A stretch of 63,229 nucleotides of DNA, filler included, from Octopus bimaculoides (Eukaryota), in the NCBI RefSeq assembly GCF_001194135.2. It is 3 parts of 3 records of this genome, joined end to end, with 100 filler letters (N's around TTAATTAATTAA, not from the genome) between each part and the next. Parts side by side here need not be neighbours in the genome. Positions count along the whole stretch, not along the records: positions 1 to 28,109 come from NC_068989.1; 2 more parts are not named here. The stretch is one strand, 5' to 3'. Made by a program: the position numbers and the translations under genes. The notes under the pieces are model-generated. The model made no database searches, was not told where the DNA came from, and was given only the letters and a program-made list of their open reading frames with translations. Within the stretch, counting starts at the first letter, position 1. Each line of letters opens with the position of its first letter. Shown piece after piece: positions 1-12,642 of the stretch.

Positions 1-700
1 GTCACGCAAGAAGTGCCACCCAGGGAGTGCCACCTAGGAAATGCCACCCTCGGAACTGTGCCATGGGGCTCCCCAGATGTACCACCCAAGAAGTGTCACG
101 CAGGCAGTGCCACCTAGGAAGTGCCACCCTTCGGAACTGTGCTATGTGACTCCCCAGAAGTGCCACCCAAGAAGTGTCACCCAGGACGTGCCACCCTCAG
201 GACTGTGCCATGGGGCTTCCCAGAAGTGCCACCCCAAAAGTGTCACCTAGGAAGTGCCACCCTCGGAACTGTGCCATGGGGATCCCCAGAAGTGACGCCC
301 TCGGAACTGTGCTATTGGTGCTCCCCAGAAGTGCCACCCAGGAAGTACCACCCTAGGAACTGTGCCATGAGGCTCCCCAGAAGTGCCAGCCAGGAAGTGN
401 NNNNNNNNNNNNNNNNNNNNNNNNNNNNNNNNNNNNNNNNNNNNNNNNNNNNNNNNNNNNNNNNNNNNNNNNNNNNNNNNNNNNNNNNNNNNNNNNNNNN
501 NNNNNNNNNNNNNNNNNNNNNNNNNNNNNNNNNNNNCCCAGGAAGTACCACCCTAGGAACTGTGCCATGAGGCTCCCCAGAAGTGCCAGCCAGGAAGTGC
601 CACCCTTGGAACTGTGCCATGGGGCTCCCCAGTAGTGCCACCCAGGAAGTCCCACCTAGGAAGTCCCACCTAGGAAGTGCCACCCTCGGAACTGTGCCAT
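1..700. repeat. GC-rich composite minisatellite/satellite (runs off window start; N gap at 400-536)
   Basis: Recurrent ~14-nt subunits GAAGTGCCACCC(A/T)G alternate with GAACTGTGCCATGGGGCTCCCCA. Unit length is variable and does not preserve frame. Confidence 0.9.
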
Positions 701-783
701 CGTTCTGCCTGGTTGGCTTCCCTGCGGGGAACGGTCATCAGCCGTTCTGGTTGATTCTCTTAGATTGCTGAAGTTCGGTTTTG

Positions 784-872
784 ATTGGTCTAGAGTTAGG
801 TGACGTCAGCAACTGGTGTTTGTAAAATCTCATTGGTTTAGAGATATTTGACGTCGACAACTGGTGTTTGTA
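784..872. promoter_or_regulatory. Duplicated 48-bp-period module with CCAAT box and CRE-like site
   Basis: ATTGG at 784 and 832; TGACGTCA at 801-808 and TGACGTCG at 849-856; both followed by CAACTGGTGTTTGTA. Function is inferred from motifs only. Confidence 0.35.
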
Positions 873-1279
873 TGGTGCTATTGTATGGTGATTTGGAGTT
901 GCAGTTTCAAAACCCGGGTAGAAGACTGTTACTAAAATTTTACTTGTTCCTGGTTGTTTTTTTGTGGAGAAATTGAGTCTGTTTTCGTTTTTTCTCTTTA
1001 GTCCTTTTTATTATTTCTAAATGTATATTCAGCTGTAGTTTATATTTTTTAATGAGTACGCTTTCTTTATTTGAACAGAATTGAATTGAAGTGTTTCCAG
1101 TGTATTGAGAGAGGGGGAAGATTTGGTATTTGGGTTTATGTTTACAGAGCATTGGCCTAGGTATGCGCCTGTCAATCAATTAACAAACTTTATTGCTTTG
1201 GTCTTTCACAACATCTGATTTATTTGCTTTGATGGGTTCCGGCTCAATAAGCTCTGATTTTGAGCAGCCAAGATAAAAC

Positions 1280-1530
1280 ATTATGTGCGCGATATGGTGA
1301 TCTCCTATCAAGATTAACAGTGCATGAATTTGCAGGTTGTTTAAGGATGTTGAACGAAATACCCATGTTTCCAGAGGTGAATTATCCAAACCCCAAAGAA
1401 TTCCTCTCAACACATGGCTATGATGTTCCTCCACTACTTCTGCTCGCGATCAGAGATGCACATACCATCAACCACTAAAGAACATGCTCAATTGGTTAAG
1501 GTCAAACAACTGATAAGCAAATCTCTGGTG
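1280..1530. repeat. Interspersed repeat fragment
   Basis: 1282-1310 resembles 1862-1890 in this window. The stretch matches my recollection of an abundant octopus repeat (not database-verified). Confidence 0.5.
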
Positions 1531-4455
1531 ATGAAAATTCACAGCTTATTTTGCTGGGTATGATGAAAAGTCCCAGCTGACTAAGGTGACACTTGTTTAC
1601 TGGTCATGCTTTAAGAAGTCTGGAAAGAAGTTTTACAGTTCCAAGCAATGCTGATTATTGTAGGTGTTCTACCTTCACACTTGCACCATGGTAGTTGAGG
1701 GCTGATACATTCAAGTGCACCATTTACTATTGGTATTATTATTATTATTATTATCATTATTATTATTATCAAAGTGACACTGGGGTGCAAAAATACGAAG
1801 CCCAACATACCCATCATGACTACCCGTCTGAAAAGTGTACAACAGGCACATGCATCACAACTACATGCGCGTGACATGGCGATATCATGCTCCAGTGACT
1901 ACAAATGTTTGAGATTTATCTAAAATCATTTACAGAATTAAATAGATAGCAAAAGTGTTACAAAACAACCCTAAAGCATTAATACGATTTTAATGATATT
2001 GTTTCTTTTTTCTAAATTCCCAGATACATTGACCTATAACTCATAGGAATCTTCCAGATTAATTTCACCTTGATTATCAAATATTCATATCTTTATATCA
2101 ATCTTATTCCCTTCTCTCATAAATTGGTTGCCTCGTACCTAAGTAAAATATCAATCTAATGTTATAAAACGCTGTCAATCACTTTGTTTCTTTGTGGATA
2201 ATATAGGAAAACGTAAAATAGATAAGTCATTCATTAATGTTTAATGAATCTAGAACATGGTGTTTTCTACAATAAATTTATTTTCATCAATACCAACCAA
2301 AAATGACGTTGGTAATGCCGATATCTTTGAAATTCCAGACTGTTATTTATTTCGTAGTCAGGTCTAGACGAGCGGACCTATGAGAAAAAGCATTCCAGCC
2401 ATGACCATACTGTCTTCATTTTCTGGCATAGTATATCTTCGAGCTACGTTATTCAATAACCATCTTTTTAAAGACGGTAGAGTTTGATTTGAAGGAAATT
2501 TGGCTTCTTCTTTCAGCTCGAGCGAACAAGCAAAGCTCTTTTATTGATTCATATATATATCTTATGTTTTACCAATGCAAACTGTAGAAACTATTCAATA
2601 ATTTATTAAAGAATCTCAAACTGTTGGAGAGTGATTTATTCTGTACACTCTACTGGCCTGTTTTTCTTGCTCAATATTACTACTGTTTCTCGTACATGAA
2701 TCTTTTTAACATCAATATTTAAAATTTGCGCTGAAATGTTATATTAAAGATGTATGAGAATTAGGAAAAAACTGTCTAAGGTCGAATAATTCTTACTAAA
2801 GATAGTAAATATATATTTCATTTGTAAGTGTGAAAAATAATATAGTTTTTCTTCAACATTTTCTGGCTCTCCAAGAATTTTGTACTTTAATCTGTTGCTT
2901 ATTTCAATAAGAATTTCTAGTAAAAAAATAACATTTTCAGTTTTTCATGGAAGTTAAACATTTAAATAACTAATATATCTTATTACTGTTGTTATTTGCA
3001 AATCGAATATTTAAGTTTCTAATCAGACAAACGTATAAGATTATGATATAACCATATAAGCAAAGCGAGAAAAAGCTTCAATAAAAAATCGAAAAGTTGT
3101 TACGATTTCATTCCGCAGTGTGTAAAACTTAAGGGTAATGTCTATTTTGAAAGAAAGACAAAGCAGTCGTGTTTTAAAGAAAACACGCTTGAAAGTGGAA
3201 CAATCTTGTTTTCTGAATGAATTCTTAAAAATTCGTTGTATCACCTCCAAACATTTACTCTATACATAGTGTCATTCATAAGTTTATTTGACAGAAGCTA
3301 TTCTACTACAAGTTATATAACCAGATATAAGGGTACAAAAGGAAAAAAAAGTTAAAGAACAAGTGAACTATAATCTACCTGTTCATCTTTAATACGTTCT
3401 GGCAGATTCGAACATGAATATTTCGATCGCTGTTGTTTTTCGTCATTGGAGAACAACGTCCTTTAGTGTTCATGATACATCTAATTCATGAGTGTAGGGG
3501 AACTTCGAGATATGATGGTGTCTCGATCTTGTTGAGTGTCTCCCAAGACGAAGCTATTCTGTCAGGCTGACGAATTTAACAGAAACCAGCAAACAAATTA
3601 TTTGGTCCAGCAAGCTGCTTCTCAAACGAGGAGATACACCAAGAGATCCTCAGTGTCTCGTTGTCTTCCCAAACCTGTGAAGGAGGTATTTTCCGAACGT
3701 ATTAAGATTAAATACATCATTGTTAGAATTATCGCTGTTCTGTGTGCCCTCTTGAATTAATGAGTGAACTAGTTCAACCAGAAATAGTAACAGAAATAGA
3801 AACTACATTGCGGCCTCAATTTTTATGTAGTCATGATCAATCTCTTGCTCTACATTACATACCATAAACAAACATTTTCAATATTGACCTGATTTGTCTG
3901 AGCGGAACACAAATTTTGGTAATAAGAGGCTCCAGCAAATTCAGTTGACATAAAATCATATTGGCACCCATTTATTTGATTACTGAAAACATCATATGGA
4001 TGGAAATATACACCAACAGCTTTTAAGCTAGATGTTAAAATCGACCAAACTAAAAGCTGTAATGTAGTTACTCGCTGATGGAATTTTTTCTTCTTCCGTG
4101 GAATGAAACGTTCTTGCATTTGAATATTCCTGGGGAAATTAACAGCACTGAGAGAACAGTTTATTTCGTAGAATTATTTCATTCAGAAACTAAGGCTTAC
4201 AGAATGGTGGTTAATAACGTGAGCAACAATGAATAACTCTTGGGTATAGCATTTATTTTTACTTTGAATCATCTTCGTTTCTATCTAACGCAGCTGTTCA
4301 GCATATTAAATGCACTAATGCAGTATGAACAACTATATTACTTTTCCATTAACATATCATTCAGAATATTCATAGCAAAATGTCTTCTATCTCTCCCGTG
4401 ATTTATAATACAGTATTATATTTTCGCTTCCATCACATCCACAGAGTGATATATT

Positions 4456-4459
<4 letters not shown>

Positions 4460-4487
<28 letters not shown>

Positions 4488-4638
4488 TGTATGTATGTAC
4501 CTATGCATGTATGTATGCATGCATGCATGCATGTAATAAATATATGTATATATATATATTTACATATATATGTATATACATACATTTATATATATATATA
4601 TATATGCATATTCCTATATATGTATGTATACATATATA

Positions 4639-4680
<42 letters not shown>

Positions 4681-5170
4681 NNNNNNNNNNNNNNNNNNNN
4701 NNNNNNNNNNNNNNNNNNNNNNNNNNNNNNNNNNNNNNNNNNNNNNNNNNNNNNNNNNNNNNNNNNNNNNNNNNNNNNNNNNNNNNNNNNNNNNNNNNNN
4801 NNNNNNNNNNNNNNNNNNNNNNNNNNNNNNNNNNNNNNNNNNNNNNNNNNNNNNNNNNNNNNNNNNNNNNNNNNNNNNNNNNNNNNNNNNNNNNNNNNNN
4901 NNNNNNNNNNNNNNNNNNNNNNNNNNNNNNNNNNNNNNNNNNNNNNNNNNNNNNNNNNNNNNNNNNNNNNNNNNNNNNNNNNNNNNNNNNNNNNNNNNNN
5001 NNNNNNNNNNNNNNNNNNNNNNNNNNNNNNNNNNNNNNNNNNNNNNNNNNNNNNNNNNNNNNNNNNNNNNNNNNNNNNNNNNNNNNNNNNATACACACAC
5101 ACACACACACACATACACACACACGCACACACACACACACACACACACATACACACACACACACATACAC
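4460..5170. repeat. (ATGT)n/(TA)n/(CA)n microsatellite cluster around N gap
   Basis: Directly visible simple repeats flanking the gap at 4681-5090. Confidence 0.95.
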
Positions 5171-5517
5171 AACCTGTCTCTCTCATACACATGCACACAT
5201 ACATGCTTCACAAGACGCTAAGATAAATAATTTCATCAAATAAGAACGACATATATTTTTCTAAATTTAATTATGAAATGCTAAACTGTTCGGGGTTGTC
5301 ATCTAGATTCCATTATATAGGAAATTAAAGGGAGATCATAATATCTCTTGAGACATGCATTCTGCTAAATTTCACTTTAACCAGAAGTAATAATAATGAT
5401 GGCCCAGTACTGAAGATCTTACCAATCTTCACCAATGACGCTATTTTCTCAGGGCAGACATTAAACCGTTTAAAGTTTATATCTTAAAATAGCAGTTATA
5501 CCTCGCTTATATACACA

Positions 5518-5518
5518 T

Positions 5519-5599
<81 letters not shown>
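5518..5599. repeat. (CA)n microsatellite
   Basis: About 40 uninterrupted CA units. Confidence 0.95.
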
Positions 5600-5600
<1 letters not shown>

Positions 5601-6882
5601 TTTGCAAACAACTTGCACATGCAAGTGCTACCAGTCGAAAGCTTCACATATCGAAAGCCAGCAAGTGTATGGGGTCATCAGGAGAGAATGCGCACCGTTT
5701 TGGGATCTACCTCTCGACAGCATCATTGTGCACCGATCCCCATCACTGACATGAAGCCCCGCTTGCTAGATCAGCTGCTTATCGAATATAGCTCAATATT
5801 CTTCTAGTCATCGCTGAGCGTCGCTTTTTAACCAAATCCAGTGGTCACGTGTGAGGAACAAGAGAGAGAGAGAGAGACAGACAAACAGTCAGATAGAAAA
5901 CGATGAAGGAGGGAGGGGAGAAAAAAGAAATTAGAGAAAGCTGGAGGAAGAAAACAGTATAGAGTAGAGAGTTGCATCAAAAAGGTGAAGATAAACTTAC
6001 TTGGAAATAGATACGTGGTGTTCAATTAAATAATAAATATATAATATATAATATATACCTACATATTTATATATCTGTATATGTATATATTCATGTATGT
6101 GTATTTGTATATGATTATATGTATGTCTATATGCGTGTATATTTACATATATATATATATTGTGTTTTTCGGGATGGTCATTTTTTCCACAAAGGTACGC
6201 ACTATATATTCATTCTTGACTCGTTTATTACTGTTCTTATTTTAACTCACGTCCATTGTCCGGAAATCTTTCGTCATACATCTGTAACCTCTTCAGTGAC
6301 ACTTTCCGTTCTCGTGTGTGCTCCTGCTCCACTTAGTCCAGTCTCCGCTTAGTTCATTCTTCGCATAGTCCATTCTCCGATTAGTTCATTATATATATGT
6401 ATATATATTATAAACACATAATTTATTGAGGTGAGAAGAAACTTTTTAGAAATCCTATATTCCTTTCACGCAGAGTTAGCTTCCTCCTCGATCCAAGAAG
6501 TTTCCTGCTGAATCTATTCCTCTCTAATCTAATCGTTCATGTGATATTTCCTTTAAAGCTGCAATGATTTTTCATACATTTTGAATTATCTGAACGTTTA
6601 ACTCAACTACAACTGACCAATAGTTTGAGAAGTGAAGGGAGAAGGATGTACATGAAACAAATAAAGCAGGAAACCTAACACAAAAGAAACAAAACATTTT
6701 ATCGGAAATATTAGAGACCAATTTATACTTACCACTAATTTTTTAACCTGCATCGCTTCTGCTTTGTTCATTGAAACGTATCGACAAATTTTTGGCAACA
6801 AGCAAAAATTTTCTTTCTCCCACACCTTTTACTCAAGCAGAAATCAATTCTTGGCAATATTAGTGTTTGGCGTGTTCTGTAG

Positions 6883-6883
<1 letters not shown>

Positions 6884-6946
<63 letters not shown>

Positions 6947-7125
6947 TTACGTACAAAGATATGGATATATGTATATACGCATGTATGTATATATGTATGC
7001 ATATATGTATGTATTTCTCTTCTCTCATTTCCCAAAATGCATTCATTTCACATCTAAATATATATACTCTCGGTCTCTCTTCTACTTCCCTACAACAACA
7101 ACAACAACAACAACAACTACTACTC

Positions 7126-7192
<67 letters not shown>
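6884..7192. repeat. (TATC)n and (CAA)n(CTA)n microsatellites
   Basis: Directly visible; source of the poly-T/Q/L/S ORFs. Confidence 0.95.
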
Positions 7193-7194
<2 letters not shown>

Positions 7195-7764
7195 TTAGCC
7201 CGCTTTTTGTAGGCATTTTTGCTACTTAATAGGTTCTGCATTGCGCGAAAATATTGGCAGTGTATCAATAAAGCTACCCATTGAAGATAAATACTCCATG
7301 TTGACGTTGTTCCTCTGCGCTAATATCATTGATAAACTAGTCTAAATATCCAAAAGTGCTCTTTTATAAACTTGTACGAACATTTTCTGGTCATAGGTAT
7401 TGATTCACTTAAATGATTGGTTTCCCTGATTCTCGTTGTCGTTATATGATCACTGCGGTGAGAAGCAACGCTTCTAACTTTTTAGATAGAATCAATTAAA
7501 AAACAATTACGATTAAACAATTGTTTTATGACTTTTCAGATGTCTTCTTTTTTTATTATTGTTATATTACGGGATATTCATACATTGTTTTTGACAAATA
7601 AACCCACGCATTATGTACTCGTTCTTCACTTCAGCTTTATTATTATTCCTGTTTTAGTGTCTTTTGTCTGAAATCTTTTATCACACATCCTGTGACTTCT
7701 TCAACGATTCTCCATACCATGTGTCTCCTCCTGTCCTGTTTAGTTCATTCTTTCTTTTTTATTG

Positions 7765-8560
7765 TTTTGTCGGAGCTCAAAGGGAGCCATCCATGGTCCT
7801 TTTCAGCGTTTTCTTGATTGGCAGGAAGAAATAGGGAAGCTATCCTCAGGCAGTAAATCTGGCTTGAATACTTACAACAAAGTGAACTTTACTAAAATTA
7901 TCAAGGGCCAGGTGGAGCTGTTAAATTGGACAGATTTTAAAATCTGCTATCAACGCTATCGACGAATATGACCTTCCGTACTATTTCCATTTACCAAATA
8001 TCACTTATTACATTTTGATTCATCCAAACCAGCGAAGGAAAACACTTGTTCACGCCTATGACCCAATCCTGCTCTCGTATTTAGGTTATGTACTCCATGT
8101 TTTCTCTCAGATAGCAAATTGCATTGTTTCTGTCCCATGCTGTATCAAAATTGGTGTGCCTAAAGTTCCCTCTTCCCCCACACGCTTTCTTCTATACATC
8201 ATCGACGTGCATTCCATCACCTCCAACAACGCTCATCCTCTAATCTTCCCTAACCTTCTGCACGCAAGCACCATTTCCATGTATAGAATCATCGCGGTTT
8301 CTAAAATACTATTTCACGATTTCACAGGTTTTTGCGGGAGAGTACAAATCCTGAACATATAGACTGCATCTCAAAGGTAGTCCTTCCTTTTCGGATCCAC
8401 AAAATACTTCAATCTTCTCCAGTAGCTTCTAATCCTCTACGAATTACAACACCTGGGACGGTACTGTTGCTAAACATTTGGATATTTAAGACCGTGTCGA
8501 AAGAAAAGTCACTCGACTGATGGACATGTAATCACTCACCAACACACTCCTTGTTACGAC
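7765..8560 (+). mobile_element. Degenerate CR1/Jockey-like LINE reverse transcriptase fragment
   Basis: Broken frames give KLSSGSKS, IKIGVPKVPSSPTRFLLYIIDV (GVPQGS..SPTLFLLYIND-like) and DRVERKVTRLMD, in RT order. Confidence 0.7.
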
Positions 8561-9084
8561 TTTTACTTCCTCTAAGCGATCGGGATCAGTCGATTTCTTT
8601 GGGCCATCGGAGAATGAGCTGAAGATGGCGTGTAACGTTGCCGCGCGTAAGTAAACTCGTCGGCCAGATCCAAGGATCTCAACTCGATCGGTAGTAGCAA
8701 ATCATACCCATAAGAACTAAAACATTGCAACCTAATGAAAATATCAGTCACCCTTCGAACTACACTTCAGCGGGAAGGATTTCTTTTGATCATGCCCCTG
8801 GAAGACGTAAAAACGGACAACCACAAATGGTTTTGTGCTTACGGCTGAAAATAACGATGTTTCTGCCAATTGGAGAACCGCAAGCACAAGACTTTGTGGC
8901 CGCCCAATTTTGCGTCTTCTAAGGGGTATTGTCATACGAAGTCACGCTTGCTTAGGTGTACTCGCTTGCTCAGAAGATTAATAATGTACCACTCTCGCTA
9001 CAAGCAGTGATACACACGACTGAAACATGCTTTTGATTCAGATGTATGTATATTGGATCATTTTACTATTCATTAGCTTATGAT

Positions 9085-9460
9085 TAAAACATTGGGACTT
9101 TATTCTCTCCAGCGTCGCTGTGAGTGCTACATCATTTGCATGATGTGGAGAAAATACCACCAACGTTGTCCAAACGACCTCAACATCACATTCAGAGTAC
9201 ATCCAATGCTGGGGCCACGTATCATACGCCCCCTACACAGTTCAGGGTTACAACACATAAATTCACTGCAACACAGTTTCTTTTGCTCAACAGGCCCTGC
9301 TCCATTTAATATTATCCCAAAATAAATCAAAGGGGAAAAAGATCACATTACCTTCAAAAGGTATCTTGACAAGTTTTTGCAAGGAATACCAGATTAACCA
9401 TTTATACCTGGAAACAGCTCAGTCAACAACAACTTCCTCCTTGAATGGGCTATGATGCCA
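9085..9460 (+). mobile_element. CR1-like LINE 3' end fragment
   Basis: LYSLQRRCECYIICMMWRK...TGPAPFNIIPK...FKRYLDKFLQGIPD matches the CR1 ORF2 C-terminal pattern. Confidence 0.75.
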
Positions 9461-9792
9461 TAAAACTTCCCGTCAAGTGGAGCTAATAATTTAGACATGA
9501 CCTGGGCCAATCTTTAGGCGAAGCATATCTTATATATATATATATTCGTCATGTTGAACCGTTAATCCCTACACATTTTTTCTNNNNNNNNNNNNNNNNN
9601 NNNNNNNNNNNNNNNNNNNNNNNNNNNNNNNNNNNNNNNNNNNNNNNNNNNNNNNNNNNNNNNNNNNNNNNNNNNNNNNNNNNATATATATACATATATA
9701 TATTATGTATGTATGTATGTATCTATCTGGCTGCCTGTCTCTGTGTGTGCGTGTGTGTGTGTGTGTGTGTATTTGTGTCTGTGTTTATCCCC

Positions 9793-9985
9793 CAACACCA
9801 CTTGACAACCGGTGTTGGTGTATTTATGTCTCTATAACTTAGCGGTTCGGCAAAATACGCCAATAGAATAAGTACCGGGCTTGTAAAAAGTACGTAGTGG
9901 GATCGATTCATTCGATTAGGAATTCTTCAAGGCGATACCCCAGCATGACCGCAGTCTAATGACTGAAACAAGAAAAAGAAACAAT
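9793..9985 (+). mobile_element. SINE-like repeat, family C (CCACTTGACAACCGGTGTTGG...CAGTCTAATGACTGAAAC)
   Basis: Homologous copies at ~13975-14125 (+) and ~62880-63065 (-); A-rich tail. Confidence 0.75.
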
Positions 9986-10615
9986 AAAAGGAAACAAAAA
10001 TGAAATTCATATATTCACTCTTGGTGAAATCTGAGATGAGAATGGAAAGAGATTATATAATTATGCAAGGTGTTTATTCAGGCACTTTACCGTTTCATTT
10101 ATTTTTGCCTTTATTCATAATGTCTGAAATTTTTGTTTTTGTAAACAGGTTTCTAGAGTAACTGGACACAAAAGTTTAACACCTTCTGATCACTTAAAGT
10201 AAAGTATTTGAAATGCAGAATGAGATAAACGAAGCAACAGTTTCGAGAGCGACTGGTGAGGGTGGGGTGGGGTATTGATTTTTGTCACCGCTAGAAGTAT
10301 CTATCACATTCGTCTATGAAAAATAACACAATGGCAGAAGAGTGCTTTTCGTCATATAACGTGTAGCTTTGGAAGTATACTTTTGCCACCGTAGGTAATA
10401 ATCAGGAAATATGGCATACATACAATAATTCTAAGTTAACTTTTATCGAATTTTTTGGTGCTTAAACAAAAGGATGAATTGAATACTAATTTTCAACAGG
10501 AAGTTTTATTTTTTACCTTAATTAAAGCAAATTTCTAATTTGTATAACTCCTACCATTTACACCGTCTTCTCCTCCGCTGCCTCTAATTCTTTCTCTCTT
10601 ATTGTGTGTGTGTGT

Positions 10616-10647
<32 letters not shown>

Positions 10648-10767
10648 AGAATTCTTTTACTTCTTGCCGGCCATTAAGCCTCGTGTGTGCACTTATTCTG
10701 ATCCGCTTATGATAACTATCTCCCTGTATTTCTCTTTTACTCTCTTTCCCCCTCTCTCTATATGAGG

Positions 10768-10942
10768 TATCCTATTTGCCGGCGTATAAGACGCACACTC
10801 GCATAAGATGTACCCCTACTTAACATGAACATGAAGTGGGAAATACAAATTTTATGTTTCATCGCAGTATCTAACCTGTAATAGCAATTTTTGATGCATT
10901 TAAGAATAAAAAAGCGCGTCTTGTATGTCGACATATACGGTA
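10768..10942. mobile_element. Tc1/mariner-pogo-type MITE, ~175 bp
   Basis: Left end TATCCTATTTGCCGGCGTATAAGACGC matches the reverse complement of right end GCGTCTTGTATGTCGACATATACGGTA at 20/27 positions; TA at both ends. Confidence 0.75.
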
Positions 10943-11043
10943 AAGCGTGACTAGAGAAATCAACCAACTAACAAACCAATATTTGCATGCGTTATTGTTA
11001 CATACTGATATTGAAGTTTATGTCCGTATACATTTATTTAAAA

Positions 11044-11972
11044 CTAGCCTTGAAGCCGCTCTTCGGGCGGCGTTCTGGCTAGCTCGTGCGGAGGACACCT
11101 TTGAGGCCTTCGGGATCCATTTTCCATGTTTTTTTTTTTTTTTTTCATTTTATTCTGACGATGAAAATTTGCGACACTTTCACGGAGTTATGTGTTTCCA
11201 AACTCACCGTAGTAATTAATTCACTTCATATTTTTAGACTTGAACCCCCATTCGTACTATGCAAGTGAAATGTATGACTATCATAGCTTTCATGATTTTT
11301 CCATCACTTCACCATTGCCGAAAAATATCAAAATGAGGTTGAGATAAAATGAATAGGATCCATTTCATCTCAATCTCATTCTATTTTCTATTACAAATCT
11401 TTAAGAGGATACTGTAACCGGAACAGGAAACTTAGTTTTCCAATTACAAAATATAAATATCCACACTGCTTCACCTGAAACGTACCTGTTATAACTCTTT
11501 ATCTCGATTTGAATGTACGTGAAAGTACTTAGGATGCCCAAACATAATTCTGCAAATGTGCTAAGCACTGATGCTGGTCATAGTTTAATCAATAAGCGTA
11601 GAAGCGAGGTAAATGCAGTAAAAATAGTGGGGGATGGGGTCAGTGGGGCTTCATTTAAGCGGCCTTTCAGAAATTGAACCTCCTTACGATACTCCCTGGG
11701 AGTTCATGGTATGAAATTCATTGTTATTGCTCCGATTTGGTCGCCAATGCCATGTATTTAGTTCAAAAGGCAGTAGAAATAGGTGTGGGGGAGGGAGAGG
11801 TCAGTGAGGGCCTCGATTAGGTTTCCCTTAAAAAATAGACCCCTTAGGACATTCCCTGGGATTAGGAGAGTTCTGGTTTGAGTTTCGTTGTCCTTGCACC
11901 AGCGGTCTAGGAGGAGTTAACGAACATAAAAATGTAACGGACAGAGAAACATCATTCAAATTTATTTAAAGA
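11044..11972 (-). mobile_element. Complete non-autonomous Helitron (929 bp)
   Basis: Minus strand: 5' A|TCTTTAAATAAA start at 11972; 3' GC hairpin GCCGCCCGAAGAGCGGC 7 nt before CTAG|T at 11044; A|T target; two diverged internal ~190-bp units. Confidence 0.8.
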
Positions 11973-12642
11973 TTAGGCCCAACAAACTAACTTCAAAGTG
12001 AGACTAAATACACACGGATATGATCAGCGTATTTATCTATTAATGACCTGCAAAACATACGATATATTGGTACTCTCAAAAATATAATGATTAATATGAA
12101 AAAGATAATACGGGAACATACTTGACATCAGAAATTCCAGTCCAAGTTGTTCAGAAGATGACGTAATTTTCTAAATCCTTTGTGACTGAGTACTATTTCT
12201 AGAAATGGTTATTGGGGATAAAACTGAAGTGTGCAAATAGTTGAAACGGTTTTCTCTACACCAAAATCTGTAGATTTGCCTTAGATTTAATCAGAATCCA
12301 TTAATTGTAGCAACAACTTTATGCTACAAGGAGTAGCCAAAAATAGTATTTCACGTTGTTTGATTGTACAGTGAAGGGAACGAATGCTTAGCAAATATAT
12401 AGTAATTATATTACATATACAGAAGAATTTATTTTTACTTTTATTCTTGTATATCTTATCTTTTCTTTTACTTGTCTTAGCCATTGGATTGTGATCATGT
12501 CGAGGCACTGCCTTGAAGGGTTTTAATTGAACAAATCGACGCTAGTAATTATTTTCTTTTTACCTGAACGTAAACAAACCAATACCAATTGTCAAACAGT
12601 GTGGTGGACAAACATAAACACACACCCTTGTATATATATATA

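Noticed and set aside
41-771. Repetitive ORFs (PQKCHP..., GWHFLGG...) over the satellite
   Set aside because: Unit lengths are not multiples of three, several frames on both strands are open, and some ORFs depend on Ns.
1180-1478. 72-aa and 84-aa ORFs as a gene or viral remnant
   Set aside because: The sequence is partly duplicated at ~1860 and resembles an abundant interspersed repeat; neighbouring frames are full of stops.
3420-3760. Complex sequence with short open frames
   Set aside because: All six frames stop within ~50-75 codons and contain no motif I recognise.
4380-5243. Long ORFs of 194-287 aa (likewise 37463-37953, 45387-45805, 46279-47049, 61563-62271)
   Set aside because: Produced by microsatellites plus N gaps translated as X.
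8590-8760. Possible mariner-like MITE ending ATATCAGTCACCCTTCGAA
   Set aside because: Only one terminus-like motif; no matching left end identified.
9352-9407. Minus-strand 56-nt segment with good splice sites (YKWLIWYSLQKLVKIPFE)
   Set aside because: Lies antisense within a CR1 3' end; shows that exon-like sites arise by chance here.
11050-11145. GC hairpin followed by poly-T, resembling a terminator or Pol III RNA
   Set aside because: Explained as the Helitron 3' end read on the opposite strand.
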